NCBI GenBank assembly: GCA_001643675.2
Contig: LSRY02000011.1
Coordinates: 496,001-560,000 of the forward strand
DNA length: 64,000 nucleotides
DNA from: Monocercomonoides exilis PA203
Taxonomy: Eukaryota > Protista > Preaxostyla
Direction of reading: 5' to 3'
Below are positions 25,606-35,784 of this stretch, in pieces (position 1 is the stretch's first letter; each line of letters starts with the position of its first letter). The translations under genes and the position numbers were made by a program. Below the pieces are notes generated by a model. The model saw only the letters and a list, made by a program, of their open reading frames with translations, searched no databases and was not told where the DNA came from.

Positions 25606-25991
25606 AAATGGGGAAAAATACTAACTTTCAAGCTTTGAATGCACAAGGTGTTGAAAAATTGTTTCGCTAATAACATTTTTAAACATAAACAGATTTCAAA
25701 ATAAAATTGATTTTCATATGGGACAAAATATTTGACTTCAGGCATTTTCATAGAAAAATATTGCACTTTTCATTGACTTTTTTTGATAAAAAAACACTAT
25801 AAAAATGGGTTCATTTTTTGACATATGTGATATATCACAATACTTTCTGGTTTGATTTCAATGATGCCTATTTGCGGATGTGAAAATCAATTTTATTTTG
25901 AAATCTGTTTATGTTTAAAAATGTTACAAGTGAAACAATTTTTCAACACATTGTGCATTCAAAGTTTGAAAGTCCATATTTTCCCCCATTT
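25606..25991. mobile_element. MITE/foldback-like element: ~114-bp inverted arms around a ~160-bp core
   Basis: 25606-25719 vs the reverse complement of 25878-25991 aligns without gaps, with about 10 mismatches by hand count. No coding capacity; a second diverged copy lies nearby. No target-site duplication recognised. Confidence 0.6.
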
Positions 25992-26208
25992 GTTGAAAAA
26001 ATTTTCAATGAACAAATCTCAAACATAAACACATGAAAGAAATGTCAAACATTTTTCACAGAAAAGAAAAATTTTTAGTCAAAGAAAAACAACGTTTGAA
26101 ATATCAACACTTCGAAAAAAACGAATTTATTTAAAAATAATCATTCACATCGTCACTGAAAATTGTGTTGAACACGATGTGATTGAACCCGATGAGACTG
26201 TTTAAGGA

Positions 26209-26412
26209 AAGATCATTTTCTCAATAACTGCAAGAGGAAATATACCGATGATTATCCTCAAAATATGAGTTATTATTTCAAGCTATCATGACATGAAGCT
26301 CAAATATTTCTGTTTTGTGCTATGATTGTTTGATGTGATAATATTTGCATTTGAGGATATATATCAGGTCAATTCTCTTGCAGTTATTGAGAAAACGATC
26401 TTACCCGGTATT
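26209..26412. repeat. Inverted repeat of a second family (arms ~26209-26267 and ~26348-26402), homologous to the left arm of the 27.6-kb hairpin
   Basis: aagatcattttctcaataactgcaagag (26209-26236) pairs with ctcttgcagttattgagaaaacgatctt (26375-26402) at 27/28 positions. It also resembles 27651-27690 (aaaataccggacaagatcgatttctcaatcaccgcaagag). Confidence 0.8.
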
Positions 26413-26420
26413 TTTTTTTC

Positions 26421-26698
26421 AATGTGGAGGAAAATACGGACTTTCAAGCTTTTTATGCACGAAGCATGAAAAAATTGTTTCGCTCATAACTTTGTTTCGC
26501 TTTCTCAGATTTCAAAATAAATTTGATTTTCATATCCGCAAATAGGCATCGTTGAAATCAAAGCATAAAGTTTTCTGACATTTCATGAATTTCAAAAAAT
26601 CGACATATTTTTATTGTGTTTTTTGATAGAAAATAGTCAATGAAAAGTGCATTATTTTTCAATGAAAATGCCTGAAGCGAAATATTTAGCCCCATATA
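26421..26698 (-). mobile_element. Diverged, truncated inverted copy of the 25606-25991 element (one arm plus core)
   Basis: Reverse-complement similarity to about 25713-25990, e.g. catatccgcaaataggcatcgttgaaatcaaa and agtcaatgaaaagtgcattatttttcaatgaaaatgcctgaag. Confidence 0.65.
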
Positions 26699-27577
26699 AA
26701 GTTTTTTTGTTCAATCTTGAATTTTGGGTTCGATTAAGTTTTAGTGTTGCAATAACAATTATTGTGTTTTGGTTTTAATTCTCAGTTTTTTTTAAGTTTG
26801 AAATAAAAAAAACTTATTCATATTTTAATTATATTTTTTTAATATTGGTTTTCACATTTTTTATTTTTATTAATCTCTATTTTTTGAAATTTTCATATAA
26901 TCATTCAAAACTGAAATACACAAAAATTTGTTGATGATTCTTTTGTTAAATGAAAAGGTTGAAAATAAAGATTCTCCAATTTTGGACCTTTTCAGAAAAA
27001 ATAATATTTTTCACATCAAAAACAAGCTTGAAAAACGATCTTTTAATGTCTGCACAAATTCATAGATAAAATCTCCTCTTTCCTTTTTGACTTTTTTATT
27101 AAATACAGCTTGATAATTGATGAAATTGTATTTCTATTTTCAAAAATACTTGTTAAAAGTTATGTTTTTGAAAGTGTTTAGAAATTATCGTTGAAAAGTG
27201 AAAAGGCAATCCTTAATAGCTATGAAACGAAAATTTCTCCAACACAGATTTTTGGAATATTTCACATTATTTTTTCACTTGAAGGATGTTTTTGTTGCTA
27301 ATGACAAAATAAAAAAAAAAAAAAAAAAAAAAAAAACAATATTAAAATCAACACCCCTATAATATAAATGATTTCAAATATTCACACCCAACAAGCTCTG
27401 TGACAAATAATTATAAAAAATGAATGAAAAAATAATATCCGTTTATGGAAATAAGTGAAAATTAACAAATGTGATCATTTTTTTATTTTGAATGAATAAC
27501 AAATTCTGTTAATGTGATATTTGAATATGTGGTTTATTTTAATGAGTTGTTTTAATAATAATAGATTTTTCTTTTGT

Positions 27578-27990
27578 GTAATTCTTTTTGAAAAGACTAA
27601 AATGTTTAATTTTCTAATACAGACATTGCATAAAATACCGGACATCGCACAAAATACCGGACAAGATCGATTTCTCAATCACCGCAAGAGGAATAATTCT
27701 GTTTATTTCCCTCAAAACATGTCTCATCAATAACAACTCACCTGATATGCAAGGCTTTCATAACTTCCTCATTAATGCTCAGAAAAAATAATTTTTAAAA
27801 TGTCGGAGAAACTCAAAACCCTATTTCTCTGAGATTTTTATAATAATTTTCTCAGAGCATTAATGAGGAAGTGAGTTGTTATTGATGAAATTAAACAGAT
27901 TATTCTCTGCGATTGATCGATCTTGTCCCGATGTCCGGCAATGTCTGTATTAGATAATTAAACATTTTAGTCTTTTCAAAAAAAAATTAC
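27578..27990. repeat. Long imperfect hairpin (arms ~27578-27811 and ~27824-27990) with almost all gaps on one side
   Basis: Hand alignment of the left arm to the reverse complement of the right arm shows long exact blocks separated by about nine segments present only in the left arm. Confidence 0.9.
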
Positions 27991-28597
27991 TCATTTTTTC
28001 AGATGTTTGAATATATATTTATCAGAATGACGATTTCTTCCTGTAATAAACAATTTTTTTTCATCCTTTTTTCAATTAATTCCTGTTTATTATTATTACT
28101 AATATTAATATTAATATTATTATTTTATTTTATTTGAATTGACGACTTTCCATTAATGTGGGGATTGTTATTGAATTGTCAGAGACTTCACAAACTTCAT
28201 AAGTAGATTTTGGAAATTTTCATTTCTTCGCAAACAAAAAAATTTTTTTCTGAAAAAAAATATTTTTCCTTTGAAAACGAAAGAAACTATCATTTCGATT
28301 GCAAAATTATTCATTCGATTGTAAATATTCTCATTTTGAATTATTTCTGAGGATATTTTAAAGATAAAATCTCATGAAAATTGTAAAAATTGATTATCAA
28401 TTAACAATAAAAAAATATGCATTCTTGAAGATTGAAGAAAATCAAATTGCGATCTCTTTAATTACAAACAAGTTTATATGAATTATTGTTTGAGACAACA
28501 AATGGTTGCAAAGGATCCGAGTAAAGAAAGATGAAATTAAAACAAAACCAATCATGATATAAAAAATTATCATAAAAATTTTGAGTTTTTTCAACAC

Positions 28598-30799
28598 TTA
28601 CAAAACTTCTGATTTTTCACTTTCCTCACTTTTTGGAGGTTGAACTTGAGATGAAGGATTTGAAGGATTTGAAGGATTTGAAGGATTTGAAGGATATGAA
28701 GAATCTGAAGAATCTGAAGAAGTAGAAGAAGTAGAAGAAGTAGAAGATGCAGGATCAGAATGCAAAACACATGATTGAGATAAAGTGGAAGAAGAGGAAG
28801 AAGCAGATGAAGTAGAAGAAGATGAAGTGGAGGAAGAAGAAACAGAAGCAGTATTAGAGGGAGGCTTTGACAATGAAGTCGCAAATGAAGGGATTGAAGG
28901 AGGATAAGGACGGGGGTAATCCTTTGGTATTGGAAATACTCCTTGAATTATGAAGCCGTCAAGAGCTTCCTTGACAAGAACAGGATTAATCTGTATGATA
29001 AACAATTGACAATATGCATTCATATTGAAAGATATGATTTTCAAAAAGTGAGTTAAAAAAAAAAAACAAAGAAGAAATTATCACAACATCTATGTAATAA
29101 TATGTCATACAACAGGATGCAAAAATCTGTAATTAAAGACTGTTGACAGCTTTTCTCCAGAAATAGACATGTTATTGTTGTCCAATAATTCATCTGGAAT
29201 TGTTGGTAAGATTGGCAGCGGCCGAATTGTAATGGATGCAATCTTCAAATTTTAGAACAATTTTAGAAACAAGAATATATTTTGCACAATGAAGAAAAGG
29301 AGAAATATAGACAGAGATAAAGATTGTGAAATTTCAACAGAAAAGTTGAAGAATAAGTGGAAGAATGAAAAACAGAAAATATAGCAATTTGTTTAAAAAT
29401 TATTATAAGAACAAAAAAAAAAAAAGAAGAAGAAGAAGAAGAAGAATTCTTTCTTCATAATCCACATGCAATTCAAAACGCAAACATTACACATTTCTTC
29501 CCAGTTACGCATTAGCCTCTGATTTTCAGCGCTAAGTTCAGGAAATTCCGAAGTCTGGCTTTGTACAGCAGGATTAGGTGGCTTTGCAGGCTTTGAGCTT
29601 CCAGATGTTAGTGACGAGAAGATTGAGTTTGCAAAATTGTGTGAAAGAAAAGACTTTGCAGAAGATATAAATTCCACGTTGACACGAAGCAAAATTCTAA
29701 ATATATCCCCTAGTTTTGTTTGATCTAAGATATTCAGGAGTATGTTATCACATTAGCCAAAATTATAAATGCATTTAATCACAAAAAAAATTGAATAAAC
29801 AACACTCTCATATATCTAAAGCAACATCAAACCTGTATCATTTCTATCAACAACATTAAACACTTGCTTGTGAAGTGTTGAAGCAAATTCCCTCTGCTTT
29901 TCATCTATTCCACAACAAAGCACGATCACATTTGCTAAATCACGGACATGAACAGTGTTGACTTTAAGATCTCCACCCCACCTCATTTTGTAAGGCTCAC
30001 CAACGGTTCCACATATACTGCACTGAGCTAAACGAGGACCTTTAAAAAAGATAAAAGATAAAAATGAAATTTTAAATAATCATAATTCACAAAATACCTA
30101 AAAAATTTTAATATTTTAGAAAGTGACGTATTAAATTGTAACCGCAAAAGAAATTCATACCTAATCCATAAATGTCTTCAGGTCCATAGACGTTTGCTGG
30201 ACGCAGAACAATAATTGGGATGTCCATTGCAATGACTTGTTCCTCAGCCATCAAATGAAACTTTCCAAGCTTTGTCCAAGGCTTAATGGTGAATGTCTCT
30301 TGGGAAGCTTTTGAATAACTTTTGTAAACTTGACCCGTTGAAACATAAATAAATCTCGTTGGCTTATGCTCTTCAACATATCGAGCTACCATAACCGCCA
30401 CATCGTAAGTATTCTGTCTATAAGATGCATCAGGGAGTCCATATTTAGTTTCTGCAGCTAAACATATTATAAAGTCAAAATGATCATCAGCAAAAGCTCG
30501 TGGAGCTTGTAAAGGATTGTTAAGATTGCATTGAACAATTTCAATCATGGGGTGTTTAAAATATGCGCGATAAAAATTGGTCATATAAATGTCGTTAATG
30601 TTTGCCTTATCGGCAACTCGTATTTTACTTGCATAATCATTATCAATCAAAAATCTTACAAGATTTCTTCCAATGAATCCAAGTCCTCCAAGAATTCTAA
30701 AATTGAAAATGTTGCAAAAACATTGCATATAACAAATTGTTGATAAACGTAACTTTTTATAAAAACGAATTCAAACAGCCATTTCGGTTTCTCATCCAT
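28598..30799 (-). CDS. NAD-dependent epimerase/dehydratase (extended SDR) with a Ser-rich C-terminal tail; about 6 exons
   Basis: Spliced N-terminus MDEKPKWL|ILGGLGFIGRNLV (Rossmann GxxGxxG). Further motifs: ICLAA, FIYVSTGQVY, LRPANVYGP, VNTVHVRDLA, VFNVVD. Last exon INPVLVKEALDGFIIQGVFP..SEVL*. Some internal boundaries (29.0-29.5 kb) are approximate. Confidence 0.85.
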
Positions 30800-30857
30800 C
30801 TGAATTACAATTTTTTCTTATAAATTATAATATGGTTGATTAAAAACCATCATTTTA
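30800..30857. promoter_or_regulatory. Very short (58-bp) divergent intergenic region, candidate bidirectional promoter
   Basis: The epimerase ATG (minus, 30799) and the MPR-like ATG (plus, 30858) are head-to-head. The region contains ttataaattataa and catcatttt just before the plus-strand ATG. Confidence 0.55.
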
Positions 30858-31917
30858 ATGTTTTTCAATTTGTTATTGGCGCTTTTTCTATTTCAATTCA
30901 CTAGCTGCATAATTGATCTTAGAAATTATAATGTAGATTCCATAACGCGCCCACAGTATGTAGCTGGTCTTTTCCATTTCGATTTATTGAATTTGCTGAA
31001 ATAAAGAAACCAACCATATGTTATTAATGATACTGAGTTTGAAATTCAGTTTAATTTTCGAAAGGAACTGGAGCATACAGATAAATATGAATTCGACAAA
31101 TGTGTAGCGGTTGTTATGTCAAATATTTCTTGCATGTGCCATGGAAACATAACAAACGAATCTCTTTCTCTTCTTCCAAATAATGCTGGACTTCGATTTG
31201 ATTGTAAGCGCAACAATTATTAATATTTTATTTTAAACTTTAAAAATCAAACTCATTCGCTATATTTCAGATTCAAACACCGCACTTTCTGAAACAAGAT
31301 ATGCAACTTATAATATAATTTGCGACAAATCCGAACATTTCACATCTAAGATATTTGGGTATGAGTTTCATATTATTCATTATGATATTTCATTGCTCAA
31401 AAAATATTTTCTTTTGAAAAATTACCATTCGTGGACTTTTTCCGTAATTCTTTCATTATTGTGAAAAAATTTGATGATGAATTTTAATATTTTCATCCTT
31501 CGTGACTTTTTGAATGCTGATCTACAGAAATACTCTTATTTTAAACATTCATCATCATGGCGGCTGTCGTCTTCCTGATCCTCTTTCATTTGGATCAATT
31601 GGATTGATTGCCATAACATGTCTTGTATTTTCATACTTTTCAATTGGAATTCCATTCATGGTTTGATTCGCATTTATTGCTTAAAACCAAATCATTTATT
31701 AATTGAAATTTATTTTAGTATTTTATTTTGAAAAGACGAGGGATTGAAGTATTTCCATGCGTTTTCTTTTGGGTTTCAATTCCGATGCTGGTAAAGGTTT
31801 GATTACAATATCTGAATTATTTTTAATTACAGATGTTGGTTAATAATTTAGGCTGGACTTTCTGTTCTTTTTTCTCCTTGCATTAGTAAGAAGCGAGACT
31901 TTGCAGAAATTAAATAA
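30858..31917 (+). CDS. Mannose-6-phosphate receptor homology (CD-MPR/ATG27-like) type-I membrane protein; about 6 exons; absent from the ORF track
   Basis: Spliced product begins with signal peptide MFFNLLLALFLFQFTSC, then a Cys-containing luminal domain (FEIQFNF..C..C.C.G..GLRFDYS..RYATYNIICDK). It ends LSFGSIGLIAITCLVFSYFSIGIPFMYFILKRRGIEVFPCVFFWVSIPMLVKAG..KKRDFAEIK*, matching the CD-MPR/Atg27 TM and juxtamembrane pattern (LSxGSI..GxExFP..FW..L..G). The intron at ~31359-31527 could hide a small exon. Confidence 0.75.
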
Positions 31918-32470
31918 ATGTTAAATTTCTTCTTAACTTTTTCAATTTTCAGTTGTATTTTTCTCTTGTATTTGCGTTTCAATGTTAATGAATGTTTAAT
32001 GCCATTTCATTTTCCGTTTTCATTTCATTTCAAATGATGACCGTTTTTTTCTCTGATTTATTTCGAATTTACTTCTTTACTCGATTGATTATTCCTCCAA
32101 TTTCGGCAATGGCTCTTGGAGATTATTGATTAACAACAGCAATTTACTTCTTTTCATTTAAGCGTTTGTGATATTTTCACTTATCCATCATATTTGTTGT
32201 TATTCTTATGTGTTACTGTTGTTTTGAATAAGTTTATGTTTCGTTTTGCAACCGTTTGATTTTTTGATTTTTTGAAATTTGAGCTTCAACGCTCTAAGAT
32301 TAATGTCTTTATAATTTATTTTCACGATGTTATTTTAAACATTGTCTTTAGCTGGGAAATTATTTTGAGCAAAAAATGTTTATTTCTTTCCCAGAAGTTG
32401 GTTGTGTAGTGAGCTGTTTTCAAAAAACAATTGTGTATCCAATAAACATGCAAAAAATAGAACAATTCAT

Positions 32471-32908
32471 TTACTTATCTTCAACGGTAATTGCAGCAAC
32501 TGGGCATTGATCAGCCTGAAGAAGAAGAAAAACTGAACTCAAAGAACAAATAAAAGATCATACAGCAGTTTTAATATCAGCAAGATCAGAATCATTCACC
32601 TCCACAACCTGATCTTTGTCTCCATCTTGCAGCACAAAAAATATTTTAAGATACACAATCAAAGTGGGAATATAATCAAAAAACCTTTAAAATGACTCTT
32701 CGGAGTTTCATCAAGCTCAAAATGATCAGGTGAAGTATTAGCACAAACACCGCACCCAATGCACGTTTCTTGGCTATGTTTTATAAAAGCTATAATTTCG
32801 AAAAAAAGAAAGACGCATACTCAACAACACCTTGAGGGATTCAAAAAAAGATAAAAAATCAATTTAAAGATATATTCAACAAAAGCACAAACAAGTAATT
32901 TTTGGCAT
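32471..32908 (-). CDS. fdx: Single-cluster [4Fe-4S] ferredoxin, 73 aa, 5 exons (32908-32893, 32830-32821, 32773-32685, 32625-32564, 32515-32471); absent from the ORF track
   Basis: Spliced product MPKITCVVDQETCIGCGVCANTSPDHFELDETPKSHFKDGDKDQVVEVNDSDLADIKTAADQCPVAAITVEDK*. It has the CxxCxxC...CP ligand set of monocluster ferredoxins. All four introns are GT..AG and the frame is exact. Confidence 0.92.
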
Positions 32909-33492
32909 GCTATATCTAAAACTTTATCAAAAAAATGACAATGATTTGCATTGATTTGACGCATTTTTTCATACAAAACATGTCATCGTTTTCCAAATAA
33001 TCACAAAAAATTTTTTTAATATCTAATCATATTCTTTTTTTCCCAAAAAAGAAAACGAACGTTTATAAAACATATTTTTTCGGAGTTCTTTCACATTCAA
33101 AAGCAATTTTCCTTTTCAAGGTGATATAAGTATTATGATGGGATAATTCTTGATTGTTTGGATTCTCAATTCGATTTTTAAGTCTTCGTGTACGAGAATT
33201 TTCTCTTTTGTTCGATATGTCAATGATTTATAAAAAAAAGTTTTCATATTGAAATGTTTTGAAAAATCAGTTTTTATTTCACTTTCATTTACGAAAATAT
33301 TATTCCGAATCATGAAATCTTTTGTAATAATTCAGTTTTCTTATTTTGTGCTACAAAAATTAAATATTTCTGTGGTAAAATTACTCCGAGATTATCTTTA
33401 TTCAAGTATCCCATAAGCCAATCAAATAGTATTTGGGAAATTATTTGATTTCCAAAGAAGTCATTATTGGGGTTCTTTTATAAAAAAGTGAA

Positions 33493-35199
33493 ATGAATTA
33501 TCATGTTTCATTAAACGAAGATGAGGAAATATTGTTAATGAAAGATTATATTGCAGAAGATGAAAAGCCTCCATCAAATATCAAACGTTTGCTGTTTATA
33601 TTTTTTTCAAAGAGCCATTTCAATTGTATAAAAGCAATAAGTGATTTTTCTGGTTACGGAATGGTGATTAACGCAATTATAGGGACTGGATTTTTCGGTT
33701 GAAAAGTTGAAATTAGATTCTTTATTCAATGGTTTTATGTTTACAAAAATAAAATGTATTTTCCAGCAATACCACATACGTACTATCATTCAGGACTTAT
33801 ATTTTCTCTGCTAATGACTTTCTTTTGCAGTGTGTTTTCTGGATTGAGTGCTATATGGGTTTGAAATTTCTAAAAATACTATTAGTAAAGATAAAAAAAA
33901 ATTTTTTTTTTCTTTTAATTTTAATTTTCGTACAAGACGCTTGACGTTGTAGCAAGAGCAAGAGGATACTCATATTCAAAAGAAAATGGAGCTTTCCACA
34001 CATCAAATTTAAACAAATTTACTTATAAGCGCATCGAATTTTCAAAATTTGCATTCATTTTCACAGGAAAGTGGGGACAAATCGCTTGCGCAATCATACT
34101 CTGCTGCTATTGCTTTGGGACGCTTTGGGCATATTGCTCAGTGTTTTCGTCAACAACAGCCAATTTAATGAGTCGTTACATTCTTTCATCTTCACAAGAA
34201 TGCATCATTGAAAGTGATCCAACTTCACAATGCAGGCTCGTTTATTCATTGTGCGTGGTGTTTTTTGCTGTTTGCGTAAGCATCCTTCAGATATTCGAGC
34301 TTAGCAAGATTAGCTTTGTTCAAGTCTTTTTCACAATCTATCGTTTTGTGGCTTTTACTCTAATTGTTGTTTCGTGCATTATATCTTTTGCATTCAGAGG
34401 GTCGCCATGGACAAAGGACCCGTCTCTTCCGAACTGGGCGTCGTTTCAAATGGCAGGATTTCCGACCCTCTTTTCTTCGGCTTCTGTAGCGCTCAACTGT
34501 GCATTTAACATCCCTGGTATATTGACTCCTCTGAAATCAAAGAAAAATGCCGGCAAGGCAGCAATTGGTGCAATCGCAACCTCGGCGCTGATCTACGGCA
34601 GCGTGGCCTCAATCATAGCGCTAGCGCTGGGGCCGGACGTGCTGCAGTTTGTGATGCTCAACTGGGCGATGTTTGGGAAGAAGGGGTTTGAGCCTTTGGC
34701 GAGGGCAGGGGGAAGTGCAGAGCAAGGCTTGGTTCAAGGATCGTGGTGGTCGAATATCATAAAGATTGTTGTGATGCTGTTTCCGATGATGAGCACGCTT
34801 TCGTCTTTCCCTATCACTGCAGGCACTGTCGGCTTTTCTCTGCTGTCTTCGCTTCCAGTCAGCTTTCAAACCAAGTTGGGAAAGGCTGGTCCCATCATCT
34901 TCCGATTTGGCGTTTCTGTCATTCCTTTTATCTTGGCGATTTTATTCCCTGTGTTAGGGTTCATCATACAGTTCTCTGGGCTGTTTGCCATTGTTTTGAT
35001 ATCGATCATACCTCCGCTGTTTGAGATAATTTCGAAGCGGAAGTGTGGAATGGAGCAAAGGACTCCATATTCTGGCTGGTGGTCGCATGATGTTGTTTGT
35101 GTGATAGCGCTTGTATATGGCGTTGGAACATTCATTTATTCGTTTATCCAATTTGTTATGCGTGCTGCAAGAGGTGAAACAGGAGGGAGTGCACATTAG
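33493..35199 (+). CDS. Amino-acid transporter (Aa_trans/AAAP superfamily, TMEM104-like); short 5' exons plus a long last exon
   Basis: 5' exons give ..YGMVINAIIGTGFF|AIPHTYYHSGLIFSLL..LSAIW|TLDVVARA..IEFSKFAFIFTGKWG..CYCFGTLWAY. This continues into ORF 34141-35199, which has many TM helices. Confidence 0.85.
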
Positions 35200-35784
35200 A
35201 TTGAAATCACTTCATATGAAAATATTTATATTTATTGATCATATTTGTTTATGCTTTTGATGACTTTTATGTTATCTGACAAGGATGTTCATTTTTCATT
35301 GAGAATGAGCATTCATTTGGAGTGTACTGTTAATTGGAAATATTATTAATTTCTAATTCTATGCTTGCAACGGTCGTTTTTTGTTTCTCATTTTTGTTGG
35401 ATTGATTATTTCTCAAACGTTTTAATCTTTAAGTCCAGATATATATTTTCATGGCTATTATTTCGTGAGTTTTGAGCGATATTATTTTTCATTTTGTAGC
35501 TGGTTGCTTGTTTTCTAATATTTATAGTAGATTCATTTTCATTTTAAAAATATGTAAGTTCAAGTGGAAAAAAATAAAAATAAAATATTTGTATAGCATT
35601 AACAATGAATTTTTTTCTTATTAATAAATATTTTTCATGATAATAAATTTAATGAACATCATTAACATATTTTTAAGCATGCTCATTAATCAAAATGTGT
35701 TTTGTCTCAGTTTTTTTAGAAGAGGAAAATATCTATTATCTAAATTATTTTTCAGATCAGTGCCAATTAAACGCATCATTTTCC

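Noticed and set aside
27628-27665. Two ~20-nt direct repeats (gcataaaataccggacatc / gcacaaaataccggacaag) as a CRISPR-like array
   Set aside because: Only two adjacent units with no spacer, in a eukaryotic context with no cas genes.
24982-27733. Short ORFs in the repeat cluster as transposase remnants
   Set aside because: They are Phe/Lys/Ile-rich translations of AT-rich DNA with no DDE, HUH or RT motifs.
27735-27744. aactcacctg resembling the U1 snRNA 5' end
   Set aside because: No U1 stem-loops or Sm site follow, and it is part of the repeat arm.
35695-35784. 30-aa N-terminal extension of eRF1 in the ORF track
   Set aside because: AT-rich, unlike eRF1, and contains the candidate initiator motif; ATG 35785 is more plausible.
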